Positions 17,702-26,518 of a stretch of 52,738 nt of DNA are shown here, piece by piece. Below the pieces are notes generated by a model. The model had not been told where the DNA came from and searched no databases. It saw only the letters and a program-made list of their open reading frames with translations. The stretch lies in contig CAMOMI010000003.1 of assembly GCA_946619755.1 (NCBI GenBank), positions 1 to 52,738 of the forward strand, in the 5' to 3' direction. A program made the position numbers and the translations under genes. Every line of letters begins with the position of its first letter. Position 1 is the stretch's first letter. The stretch comes from an uncultured Clostridia bacterium (GTDB lineage: Bacteria; Bacillota_I; Bacilli_A; RF39; UBA660).

Positions 17702-19628
17702 CTTTCTTTTTAGAAGTTTTTTCAGTCTTTTCTTCTTTTTTATCATTTTTATCTTTTAGTTCTTCTGGAATATTATCATCTTTATATTCGTCATGCTTAA
17801 CGATGCGTCCATTTTCTACTAAAGAATCAATTTCTTCTTTAGTAATTGTTTCTTCTTCAAGTAATGTTTCTGCAATTAATTTTAGTAGGTTTTTATTTTC
17901 CTTAATAATTTTTTTAGCTTTTTCATAGCACTCATTAATAATGGCACGCATTGCTTCATCAATTTCATTTGCGACAATTTCTGAGAAGTTTTTATTTTTA
18001 TTATAATCTCTACCTAAGAAAGTATTTTCAGAAGGTTCTTCATACATAATTGGGCCTAATGAGCTCATACCGAATTCTGTTACCATTCTTCTGGCAATGT
18101 TAGTTGCTTTTTTGAAGTCATCTTGAGCACCTGTTGTTACTTCTCCAAATGTTAATTCTTCTGCGACACGACCACCAAGTAAACCACAAATAGATTCTAG
18201 TAATTCATTTTGAGTGTAATTGAAGGTATCTTCCTTTGGCGTCATCATTGTGTAACCACCAGCATGACCTCTTGGAATAATAGTTATCTTTTGAACTTCT
18301 TTTGCTCCATCTAGCTTAATGCCCATTACAGCGTGTCCGGCTTCATGGTAAGCAACTAATTTCTTTTCTTTGTCAGTATACTTTCTTGTAACTTTAGCAG
18401 GTCCCATTAGTACTCTGTCGGTAGCTTCATCGATTTCTGACATCGTAATGGCTTTTTTATCTCTTCTTACGGTTAGTAGGGCTGCTTCATTTAATAAGTT
18501 TTCTAGATCTGCTCCAGAAAAACCTGGAGTTCTTTTCGCTAAATTATCTAGAGTAACTGATTTATCTAATATTTTATTTTTGGCATGTACTGCAAGTATT
18601 TCTCGTCTTGCTTGTTTATCTGGAAGAGATACGGTTACTTGTCTATCAAATCTTCCTGGTCTAAGTAGGGCAGGGTCTAGAACATCTGGTCTATTTGTAG
18701 CTGCTATAATGATTATGCCTTCGTTTGCTCCAAATCCATCCATTTCAGTTAGTAATTGATTTAATGTTTGCTCTCTTTCATCGTGTCCGCCACCAAGACC
18801 TGCACCTCTTTGACGTCCAACGGCATCAATTTCATCAATAAATATTAAGCATGGTGCATTCATTTTTGCTTGTTTAAACATGTCTCTAACACGAGCTGCA
18901 CCAATACCTACGAATAGTTCAACAAAATCTGATCCACTAATGTAATAAAATGGTACTTTTGCTTCTCCAGCTACTGCTCTTGCTAATAATGTTTTTCCTG
19001 TTCCTGGAGGACCTACAAGTAAAATACCTTTTGGAATTCTAGCTCCCATACTTTGGAATTTTTTTGGATTTTTTAAAAAATCAATTAATTCTTGAACTTC
19101 TTGTTTTTCTTCAGTTAATCCAGCTACATCTTTGAAAGTAGCTGTTTTTTCTCCATCTACTAAAACGGCTTTGCTTCTTCCAAAATCAATTGATTTGCCA
19201 TTTGAACCAAGTTGTCTTGTAAATAACCAAATCATAGCTCCACCAAGAATAATTATTGGAATATATTCCATGGCAAGCATTAGAATTGATGATGTTTCTG
19301 GATCTTTTTCAATTTCTAGTTTAAAATCTTGTTCATCTCTAGCGGTTACTATTTTTTTCATAAACTCTTCTGATACTGGAAGGTATAAAGCAAAACTTTC
19401 ATTTTCTTTATAATCACTTAATTTACCTGTAACCTCGTAGTTTTCTGACCTTACTTTGGTAACTATTTTTAATTCAGTAATTTTACTTTCATTTAAGTCT
19501 TTAATAAAGTCACTCGCTGTAAGTTCGTGGACAACCTTTCTATTTAAGTTAACAATTACCATACATCCTATTATAAAGAATAATAATAAGACAAATGGTA
19601 ACATACTATTAGTAGCTTTTTTCTTCAT
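17685..19628 (-). CDS. ftsH: ATP-dependent zinc metalloprotease FtsH
   Basis: Two TM helices, [17 protein letters not shown] motif, HEAGH. Confidence 0.98.
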   Translation of the reverse strand: MKKKATNSMLPFVLLLFFIIGCMVIVNLNRKVVHELTASDFIKDLNESKITELKIVTKVRSENYEVTGKLSDYKENESFALYLPVSEEFMKKIVTARDEQDFKLEIEKDPETSSILMLAMEYIPIIILGGAMIWLFTRQLGSNGKSIDFGRSKAVLVDGEKTATFKDVAGLTEEKQEVQELIDFLKNPKKFQSMGARIPKGILLVGPPGTGKTLLARAVAGEAKVPFYYISGSDFVELFVGIGAARVRDMFKQAKMNAPCLIFIDEIDAVGRQRGAGLGGGHDEREQTLNQLLTEMDGFGANEGIIIIAATNRPDVLDPALLRPGRFDRQVTVSLPDKQARREILAVHAKNKILDKSVTLDNLAKRTPGFSGADLENLLNEAALLTVRRDKKAITMSEIDEATDRVLMGPAKVTRKYTDKEKKLVAYHEAGHAVMGIKLDGAKEVQKITIIPRGHAGGYTMMTPKEDTFNYTQNELLESICGLLGGRVAEELTFGEVTTGAQDDFKKATNIARRMVTEFGMSSLGPIMYEEPSENTFLGRDYNKNKNFSEIVANEIDEAMRAIINECYEKAKKIIKENKNLLKLIAETLLEEETITKEEIDSLVENGRIVKHDEYKDDNIPEELKDKNDKKEEKTEKTSKKKEKSDE

Positions 19629-20952
19629 TTTGTTCCTCGCTTTCTTTATAACTATTTAGTATTATATCATAGTTTTCACTTTTTTTAACATTATATTTAG
19701 ATTTTTTAATATTTGGAATCCATAAAATATTGTCTTCTGCATCAACTAATATTGGATAGCTGTCTCGTTTATTTAACGGAATCTTGGCATCAATAAAAAC
19801 ATCTTTTATTTTTTTAGTACCATTCATATTATACAAAGAAATAATGTCACCTTTTTTTCTGTTTCTTAAATATAGTGGAAGCTTTATATTATTAGAATTT
19901 AGTAAGCATACATTATTACTATTTTTGTCTATTTTTGATACTTTTTTAATAATAATGTCATTAATTTTACAATAATCTTTAAATTCTACTTTATAATCTT
20001 TACAATTATGATTATTTTTTTCAATATATATATAATTATATGCTTTTCTTGCAATAAAATCTTCTTTTAAATTTATTATAGCATTTGGTTTATTACTATT
20101 AGATAGTTTAATAATACTATCAATGTGTCTGTCTTTAATAATGTTAGCTCTATTATCATAAAGGTTGCTTAATAGATTAAAAATAATTTGTTTTTTTATA
20201 AATAATGATTCGCTATTAAATATATTTAAATTAATAGTATTATTTTGATAGTTATCTTTAATTTTGTTTTGGCATACTTCTTCAACATAATTATAGTATG
20301 ATTGTAGTTCTTCAGAATATTTTAATATTTTTAAATGAATTAGAGAATCTTCCTCTTTTAGCACTGGAAGGATATTTTTACGAATTCGATTTCTTGTATA
20401 TTTTGTGTCTTCGTTTGTGTTATCAATATAATATTTAATATTCTTTTCTTTGTTGTATACTATAATATCTTTTTTTGTTAAATACAAAAGTGGTCTTACA
20501 ATAGTATAATCTTTTTGTTTTGAATAGATTTTGATTCCTGCATACCCTTCAAGATTACTTCCTCTAATCATTTTCATAAGAACTGTTTCAATTAAATCAT
20601 CACCATGATGGGCAAGCAATAGAGTATGCGAATGATATTTTTTTAGTATTTTTTCATAGAAGTCATATCTTTTTTTTCTGGCTTCGTTTTCAAAGTTGGT
20701 TTCCTTATATGAATCTATTTTCATACTTTCAAAAATAATATGTTCATCTTTACAATATTGTTTTAAATATTTTTGTTCTTTATCACTGTTTGTTCTGACG
20801 TTATGATTAATATGTGCGCAAACAATTAATTTATTGGTATTATTTATTAACATATGGAGTAATGCCATAGAGTCTGGACCGGAAGAGACACCAATGACAA
20901 GATATTCATCTTTAGTGTTATTTAATTCTTTGATAATATCAATATGATTCAT
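19609..20952 (-). CDS. tilS: tRNA(Ile)-lysidine synthetase TilS
   Basis: PP-loop variant SSGPDS, HINH, EAR..RY, AHH.DD..ET, VRPLL, RNRIR, C-terminal KKIK..FID.KIP. Confidence 0.96.
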   Translation of the reverse strand: MNHIDIIKELNNTKDEYLVIGVSSGPDSMALLHMLINNTNKLIVCAHINHNVRTNSDKEQKYLKQYCKDEHIIFESMKIDSYKETNFENEARKKRYDFYEKILKKYHSHTLLLAHHGDDLIETVLMKMIRGSNLEGYAGIKIYSKQKDYTIVRPLLYLTKKDIIVYNKEKNIKYYIDNTNEDTKYTRNRIRKNILPVLKEEDSLIHLKILKYSEELQSYYNYVEEVCQNKIKDNYQNNTINLNIFNSESLFIKKQIIFNLLSNLYDNRANIIKDRHIDSIIKLSNSNKPNAIINLKEDFIARKAYNYIYIEKNNHNCKDYKVEFKDYCKINDIIIKKVSKIDKNSNNVCLLNSNNIKLPLYLRNRKKGDIISLYNMNGTKKIKDVFIDAKIPLNKRDSYPILVDAEDNILWIPNIKKSKYNVKKSENYDIILNSYKESEEQNEEKSY

Positions 20953-21013
20953 TTTACACCTCCAACTCGTTATGTATTATAGCAAATAATTATTGTTAAG
21001 TAAATAATAGTCA

Positions 21014-21047
21014 TAATAAAAACGCATAATTAAATGCGTCTTTATTA
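21014..21047 (-). terminator. Terminator closing the relB-led operon
   Basis: Minus strand GACGCAT-ttaatt-ATGCGTT plus TTTATT, with flanking pairing. Confidence 0.7.
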
Positions 21048-21094
21048 AAATCCTTTTATTCTTTTTGTTCCAATTTATTCTTAATTTTGTAATT

Positions 21095-21529
21095 TTATTT
21101 TCTTCTTCTTGTTTCAGCAAATGGTGTAATTGGCATTTTATAAATATGCTCTTTTTCATTTTCTTTATGGTATTCACTATTTATATAGTTAATTATTGCC
21201 TCTTTTTTAATTGTTAATAATATACTTTTGTTTTTAGTTTCAGCAATTTCAAAACCATCATCAATTAATCTTTTTATAATGATTTCTTTTTCATTTTCAT
21301 TCATTTTAATATTTTTTTCATTTAAACCATTATCATCATAATAAAATAATGTATAATTATCGCATGTTTGTTTTTGTAGCCAGAAATATACTCCTATTTT
21401 ATTATTGCTTTTTCTAAATTGTATTAATGTATTAATCCAAAATGTATGATATAATTCATCAATATCTTTATTATTATTTGCAATTTCTTTTTTCATTTTT
21501 ATTAATTGTTTTGTCATATTTTCTGTCAT
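21095..21529 (-). CDS. Hypothetical protein (144 aa)
   Basis: Open frame with AAGGAAG SD; start overlaps the stop of the upstream small ORF (ATGA); no recognisable motif. Confidence 0.7.
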   Translation of the reverse strand: MTENMTKQLIKMKKEIANNNKDIDELYHTFWINTLIQFRKSNNKIGVYFWLQKQTCDNYTLFYYDDNGLNEKNIKMNENEKEIIIKRLIDDGFEIAETKNKSILLTIKKEAIINYINSEYHKENEKEHIYKMPITPFAETRRRK

Positions 21530-21678
21530 ATTAATCTTCCTTTTTTCTTTAATATTATTAATCTAAATGGTAAAAAAATTACTTTAATACAGTATGTAAT
21601 CATATTAATTCCAAGTTTGTATGTAAGATTAATACTATTAATTATATCGTTAATGAATTTAATACTTAAATATATCAT
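21526..21678 (-). CDS. Unannotated 50-aa amphipathic, basic-tailed peptide
   Basis: AAGGGG SD 6 nt before ATG; translates MIYLSIKFINDIINSINLTYKLGINMITYCIKVIFLPFRLIILKKKGRLI; TGA stop overlaps the next ATG. Confidence 0.55.
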   Translation of the reverse strand: MIYLSIKFINDIINSINLTYKLGINMITYCIKVIFLPFRLIILKKKGRLI

Positions 21679-21700
21679 TTTTACCCCTTTTTATTACTTT

Positions 21701-21985
21701 TTAATTATTATTTATGAAATCTACTAAATTTGGCATTGTTGTAATATTGTAGTTATTCACACTTTTTTCTTTAATTGTTTCGTTAATATTTGTTTTGTTT
21801 GTTGTATATTCATTTGCTGTCGGATTTTTTACTTCGAAAGGTAAACCATTAGTGTATAACAATTGTTTAATAGCCATATTAACATAGGTACTCATATTTA
21901 AACCAAGACTTTTTAAGATATCGTTGGCCATTTCTTTATCTTGCGAATCTACTTGAACACTAATAGCACTAGTAATATTTTCCAT
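21701..21985 (-). CDS. RelB/DinJ-family RHH antitoxin-like protein
   Basis: I.V.VD...K..A..IL..LGL.MST.VNM.IKQ......LPFEV; GGAGG SD. Confidence 0.85.
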   Translation of the reverse strand: MENITSAISVQVDSQDKEMANDILKSLGLNMSTYVNMAIKQLLYTNGLPFEVKNPTANEYTTNKTNINETIKEKSVNNYNITTMPNLVDFINNN

Positions 21986-22009
21986 AATTCCTCCGTTTCT
22001 TGGCCGATT

Positions 22010-22038
22010 ATTTTAGCATACTAATTAAAAAATGTCAA
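22010..22038 (-). promoter_or_regulatory. sigA promoter of the relB-like operon
   Basis: Minus strand TTGACA-N17-TAAAAT with extended TG. Confidence 0.75.
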
Positions 22039-22247
22039 ATAATTTGGTATTTTACATATAGATTATATTATTTTATATGTCTAATATAATATTTTAAGAG
22101 GTTATAATATTATTTTATAATAAAAAATTGATTTGGTCTTTTCAACTTTATTTTTTTTTGATAAAATATATTATGAATATGTATGACGAATATTAAAATG
22201 AATGGTGGTTCTGTCATTTATAAATATACTAGATGAGGTGAAGTAAC

Positions 22248-23063
22248 ATGGGTAAAATTATTGCAATAGTTAATCAAAAAGGTGGCGTTGGAAAGACGAC
22301 AACTAGTATTAATTTATCTGCATCTTTGGGAGTGCTTGGTAAAAAAGTATTAATGGTTGATTTAGATCCTCAAGGAAATGCCACAACTGGTGTAGGTATA
22401 GATAAACGAAATATTGGAAGTAGTGTCTACGAAGTATTGACAATGAAATCATCAATTGAAAATGCAATTGTTAGAACAAAAAATGTTAATTTGAGTATTA
22501 TTCCCGCATATCTTAATTTGGCAGGTGCTAATATGGAACTTATTGAACTTGAGCGTAGATATAAAGGTACCGAAACAAATTTTAATAGAATTATGCGTCT
22601 TAAGGATGAATTATATAAGGTAAAGGATAAATATGATTATATTTTAATTGATTGTCCTCCTTCGTTGGAATTACTTACAACAAATGCTTTAGCAGCAGCT
22701 GATTCAGTGCTTATTCCTGTACAGTGTGAATATTATGCCCTTGAAGGTATTATGCAATTAATTAATACAATTATGTTAGCTCAAAGAAAAATAAATCCTA
22801 ATTTAGATATTGAAGGTGTTTTATTAACAATGCTTAGTGTTAATACTAATTTAGGATTAGAAGTTATAAGTAGTATAAAAGAATTTTTTAAGGAAAGAGT
22901 ATATGATACCATTATACCAAGATTAATTAAGTTGGCTGAGGCTCCTAGTCATGGAAAAACTATTTTAGAGTATGATCCAAGAGGTAAGGGTACTAAAGCA
23001 TATCTTAATTTAGCTAAGGAGGTAATAGAGAGAAATGGATCAAAAGAAGAAAGCGTTGGGTAG
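22248..23063 (+). CDS. soj: Chromosome partitioning ATPase Soj/ParA
   Basis: NQKGGVGKTT, DLDPQGN, IDCPPSL, PVQCEYYALEG, EAPSHG. Confidence 0.96.
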   Translation: MGKIIAIVNQKGGVGKTTTSINLSASLGVLGKKVLMVDLDPQGNATTGVGIDKRNIGSSVYEVLTMKSSIENAIVRTKNVNLSIIPAYLNLAGANMELIELERRYKGTETNFNRIMRLKDELYKVKDKYDYILIDCPPSLELLTTNALAAADSVLIPVQCEYYALEGIMQLINTIMLAQRKINPNLDIEGVLLTMLSVNTNLGLEVISSIKEFFKERVYDTIIPRLIKLAEAPSHGKTILEYDPRGKGTKAYLNLAKEVIERNGSKEESVG

Positions 23064-23916
23064 AGGATTAGAACAATTATTTGATAGTGAGGTACTAGAT
23101 TTTAATTCATTTGAATCAAGTATATTAGATTCGGCAGATGAATCTGATATTCAAGAGATACCTCTATCAGAAATTAGAAGTAATCCATATCAACCAAGAA
23201 AAACTTTTAATGAAGAAGCTTTGAAAGAATTAGCGGAGTCAATTAAAAATTATGGAGTGTTTCAACCCATTATTGTTAAGAAAAGTTTAAAAGGCTATGA
23301 TTTGATAGCTGGAGAACGTCGTGTTAGGGCGTCTAAATTAGCTGGTTTAGATAAAATTCCTGCAATTATTAAAGATTTTTCTGATGAACTAATGAGAGAA
23401 ATTGCTTTACTTGAGAACCTTCAAAGAGAAAATTTAACTGCTATTGAATTAGCTTGGGCATATAAAGGTATAATTGACAGCTTACACATAACTCAGGATG
23501 AACTTGCGAGTAAAATAGGTAAGAGCAGAAGTAGTATTACTAATATCTTAGGCTTATTAAATTTGCCTACATCTGTTCAGAATATGGTGCTTGATGGTAA
23601 AATTTCTATGGGGCATGCTAGAGAGTTAAGTAAACTTGACGATACAGATAAGATTCGCGAATATGCTAAGAAAATTGTTGAAGATAATCTTTCTGTTAGA
23701 GAACTTGAAGAATTAAGTAAAAGTACAGATGTTAAGAGGAAAAATCCAATTACGAGAACAAATAATCAAAACAATGAATTTGTTTATTTAGAAAAAGCAT
23801 TAAGTGAATATTTTGGTACTAAAGTAAAAGTTCATGGAAAAAAAGTAGAAATTAATTTTACTAATACTGATGATTTGGATAGGTTACTAAGTTTGATGAA
23901 TATTAAAATTAATTAG
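23035..23916 (+). CDS. spo0J: Chromosome partitioning protein Spo0J/ParB
   Basis: LGRGL, NPYQPRK, GERR, ENLQRE, GKSRS, GHAR. Confidence 0.96.
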   Translation: MDQKKKALGRGLEQLFDSEVLDFNSFESSILDSADESDIQEIPLSEIRSNPYQPRKTFNEEALKELAESIKNYGVFQPIIVKKSLKGYDLIAGERRVRASKLAGLDKIPAIIKDFSDELMREIALLENLQRENLTAIELAWAYKGIIDSLHITQDELASKIGKSRSSITNILGLLNLPTSVQNMVLDGKISMGHARELSKLDDTDKIREYAKKIVEDNLSVRELEELSKSTDVKRKNPITRTNNQNNEFVYLEKALSEYFGTKVKVHGKKVEINFTNTDDLDRLLSLMNIKIN

Positions 23917-23937
23917 AGCATTTTATTGCTCTTTTTT
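23915..23937 (+). terminator. Terminator after spo0J
   Basis: AGAGCA / TGCTCT plus T run. Confidence 0.7.
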
Positions 23938-24077
23938 ATTTAATAATTTTAATATAGGGCATTAAATAGGTATTTTTAGGGTTGATTTATTTAAAATAAT
24001 ATTTTATGTGGTAGAATAGTCTTTGGTAATTTACTCTAGTTGCATAAAATATGTCGAAAATTGTGGTTTAAATTTTA

Positions 24078-24106
24078 TTGCAGAGTTAATTATCATCTAT
24101 TATAAT
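24078..24106 (+). promoter_or_regulatory. sigA promoter of csp
   Basis: TTGCAG-N17-TATAAT. Confidence 0.6.
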
Positions 24107-24144
24107 TAAGTTGTAAGTGATTACTAGATTGTGAGGTGTAAGAG

Positions 24145-24360
24145 ATGTTTGGAAACGTAAAGTGGTTTAACAATGAAAAGGGTTATGGCTTTATTGACTA
24201 TGCAGAAAATGAAGATATTTTTGTTCATTATTCTGCTATTAAACAAGATGGTTATAAGACTTTATCAGAAGGCCAAAGAGTAGAATTCGATCTTATTGAA
24301 ACTCCAAAAGGACTTCAAGCAATTAACGTTAGACCATCAGTATCAGAAAAAGTTATGTAG
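24145..24360 (+). CDS. Cold-shock domain protein
   Basis: [12 protein letters not shown] (RNP1), DIFVHYSAI (RNP2), KGLQA.NV. Confidence 0.96.
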   Translation: MFGNVKWFNNEKGYGFIDYAENEDIFVHYSAIKQDGYKTLSEGQRVEFDLIETPKGLQAINVRPSVSEKVM

Positions 24361-24364
24361 TACC

Positions 24365-24397
24365 AATAAGGATTGAACTCTTCAATTCTTATTTTTT
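24365..24397 (+). terminator. Terminator after csp
   Basis: AATAAGGATTGAA / TTCAATTCTTATT plus T run. Confidence 0.75.
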
Positions 24398-24446
24398 ATA
24401 TCAACAGGATTGTTGATATAATTATGTAGAAAAGGTGATGTTGTTT

Positions 24447-24944
24447 ATGAAAATTTTATTTTTAGACATTGATGGTGTATTAAATAGTGATGAGTATTTT
24501 AGAGAAAATCATGATGATGTGAAAAGATTATATAAGGATTCTTTATATAATAAGGATGATATTGATTTTTTACTAAAAAGGCAAATGTTGGATATTGATA
24601 TTAATAAATTATTGATGTTAAAAAATGCTCTTAATGGAACTGATGTTAAGGTTGTTATTATTTCTAGTTGGAAGAAACTTAAAATATTTCCTTATGTAGT
24701 AAGAGAATTAATAAAAAGAGGACTTCCTATTATTGATTTTACTATTGATAATGGTAGTGATAGAGGTGCAGGAATAAAAAAATATTTAATAGATTATCAA
24801 GTTGATGATTATGTTATTATAGATGATGATATTTTTGATGATTATGATCAAGAAATATTAAGTAAACTTATTAAAACAAGTTTTTATAATGGCGGATTAA
24901 AAAAAGAACATGTTAATGAATTAATTAAAAGATTAAAAAAATAA
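24447..24944 (+). CDS. HAD-superfamily phosphatase resembling the Swiss-army-knife RNA-repair HAD domain
   Basis: FLDIDGVLN (motif I), IISSWK (motif II), YVIIDD (motif IV). Confidence 0.78.
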   Translation: MKILFLDIDGVLNSDEYFRENHDDVKRLYKDSLYNKDDIDFLLKRQMLDIDINKLLMLKNALNGTDVKVVIISSWKKLKIFPYVVRELIKRGLPIIDFTIDNGSDRGAGIKKYLIDYQVDDYVIIDDDIFDDYDQEILSKLIKTSFYNGGLKKEHVNELIKRLKK

Positions 24945-24962
24945 TAAAAGCACTTAATTTTG

Positions 24963-24991
24963 TTGACAATTTTATTAAAGTATGTTATATT
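24963..24991 (+). promoter_or_regulatory. sigA promoter of secE-nusG
   Basis: TTGACA-N17-TATATT with extended TG. Confidence 0.75.
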
Positions 24992-25039
24992 TTAGTCAGC
25001 ACGAAGGTGTTTTTATTTTGAATTAATGTGGAGGTTAAA

Positions 25040-25348
25040 ATGAAAAAGGAAGAAAAAAAAGAAACAAAAAAGGTTTCAACAGCATCTGTTGAAAAAAGCA
25101 AAAAAAAGAGTAGTAATGTTGTTTCAAAAAAAGAAACAAAAAAAGAAAAGAAAATTAAAGTAAATATTTTTAAGGCAATTGGTAAATATTTTAAAGGTGT
25201 TGCTAAGGAGACTAAGCGAATTAAATGGACTAATGGTAAAGAATTGGTTAAATATTCAGTTGCTTCAATTATGTTTGTTATGTTTTTTGGATTATACTTT
25301 TATGGAATTGATTGGATAGCTTTATTAGTAAGGAGTTTGGCAAAATAA
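25040..25348 (+). CDS. secE: Preprotein translocase subunit SecE with Lys-rich N-extension
   Basis: YFKGV.KE.KRI.W, single TM, directly upstream of nusG. Confidence 0.9.
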   Translation: MKKEEKKETKKVSTASVEKSKKKSSNVVSKKETKKEKKIKVNIFKAIGKYFKGVAKETKRIKWTNGKELVKYSVASIMFVMFFGLYFYGIDWIALLVRSLAK

Positions 25349-25887
25349 TGAAAAAAGAATGGTATGTAGTTAATACAGTTAGCGGATATGAATATAAAGT
25401 TAAAGAAAAATTAGATATGATGATTAAAAATTCATCTGATATTCAAGAAAGTATTTTTAGAGTAATAGTCCCTGAACAAACTATTGTGGAATACAAAGAT
25501 GGTGTTAAAAAGGAAAAAATTAAAAAAATGTTTCCTGGATATGTTTTGGTTGAAATGATTATGTCTGATGAAGTATGGTTTATTGTTCGTAATACTCAAG
25601 GTGTTACTGGATTTATTGGATCATCAGGTAAGGGTGCTAAACCTATTCCTCTATTACCAGAAGAAGTAGATAGAATTCTTAATAATATGGGAATGTCTAG
25701 ATTAGATCTTGCTAATGATTTAGCCGAAGGAAAACAAGTTAAAATTACAGATGGACCATTTAAAGGAATGGTTGGTAAAGTTAACAAATATGATCTTGAA
25801 AAGAAGAATGTTGAATTATTGCTAGACTTGTTTGGTCAAGAAACTTCAGTAGAAGTAGAACTTTCACAAATTGAAAATTTAAAATAA
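25348..25887 (+). CDS. nusG: Transcription elongation factor NusG
   Basis: WYVV.T.SGYE, FPGYVLVEM, VRNT.GVTGF, KOW DGPFKG, LFGQET. Confidence 0.97.
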   Translation: MKKEWYVVNTVSGYEYKVKEKLDMMIKNSSDIQESIFRVIVPEQTIVEYKDGVKKEKIKKMFPGYVLVEMIMSDEVWFIVRNTQGVTGFIGSSGKGAKPIPLLPEEVDRILNNMGMSRLDLANDLAEGKQVKITDGPFKGMVGKVNKYDLEKKNVELLLDLFGQETSVEVELSQIENLK

Positions 25888-25894
25888 AAAAATA

Positions 25895-25923
25895 TTGCAT
25901 TTTATAAAAGTTTATGGTATATT
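25895..25923 (+). promoter_or_regulatory. sigA promoter of rplK-rplA
   Basis: TTGCAT-N17-TATATT with extended TG. Confidence 0.7.
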
Positions 25924-25962
25924 ACTTTCGCGACTGTGTATTATTATATAGTTAAAGAAATT

Positions 25963-25995
25963 AGTGGGAGGCTGCGGACGGCTATTATGACCACT
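25963..25995 (+). promoter_or_regulatory. Ribosomal protein L1-binding leader element upstream of rplK
   Basis: AGTGG-GAG-GC...GC-TATTATGA-CCACT: two helices around an asymmetric internal loop typical of L1 mRNA targets. Confidence 0.7.
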
Positions 25996-26027
25996 CGCGA
26001 AATACATTATATAGGAGGTGTAATTCG

Positions 26028-26447
26028 ATGGCAAAAGCAATTGCAAAGAAAATTAAATTGCAAATTCCTGCAGGAAAAGCTACACCAGCTCCACCAGTTG
26101 GAACAGTGTTAGGACCAGCAGGTATTAATTTACAAGAATTTTGTACAAAATTTAATGATGCTACTAGAGATAAGGGAGGGGACGTATTACCAGTTGAAAT
26201 TTCTATTTATGAAGATAGAACTTTCGATTTCGTATTAAAGACTCCACCAGCTGCATTCTTACTTAAGAAAGTTGCTAAAGTAAAATCTGGTGCATCTAAA
26301 GGGGAAACAGTTGCTACAATTACTAAGGATCAACTTAAGGAAGTAGCAGAAACTAAATTACCTGATTTAAACGCATATGACGTTGAACATGCTATGAAGA
26401 TAGTTGAAGGAACTGCTCGTAACATGGGAATTAAAGTAGAAGAATAA
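26028..26447 (+). CDS. rplK: 50S ribosomal protein L11
   Basis: [28 protein letters not shown]. Confidence 0.98.
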   Translation: MAKAIAKKIKLQIPAGKATPAPPVGTVLGPAGINLQEFCTKFNDATRDKGGDVLPVEISIYEDRTFDFVLKTPPAAFLLKKVAKVKSGASKGETVATITKDQLKEVAETKLPDLNAYDVEHAMKIVEGTARNMGIKVEE

Positions 26448-26474
26448 TTAAATTAATACATATAGGTTAATGCC

Positions 26475-26507
26475 TATGTGGAAGGATTTAGTCCGCGAGA
26501 CCACATA
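26475..26507 (+). promoter_or_regulatory. Second L1-binding element between rplK and rplA
   Basis: TATGTGG-AA-GGA-tttag-TCC-GCGAGA-CCACATA adjoining the rplA SD. Confidence 0.7.
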
Positions 26508-26518
26508 AGGAGGAAATT

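Noticed and set aside
17665-19975. Several plus-strand ORFs antisense to ftsH and tilS
   Set aside because: Shadow frames of conserved genes, Ser/Phe/Leu-rich, no RBS; the same applies to shadow ORFs in mfd, metG, rplL, rpoBC, clpC and prkC
20977-21177. 66-aa minus-strand ORF after the 144-aa gene
   Set aside because: Overlaps that gene out of frame and runs through the terminator and tilS promoter
21506-21727. 73-aa hydrophobic plus-strand ORF
   Set aside because: No SD and a non-ATG start; the minus-strand 50-codon ORF has an SD and an ATGA overlap and fits better
24406-24432. sigH-like AGGA...GAAA before the HAD gene
   Set aside because: Spacing of 19 nt and imperfect -10; a sigA extended -10 inside the palindrome explains the site better
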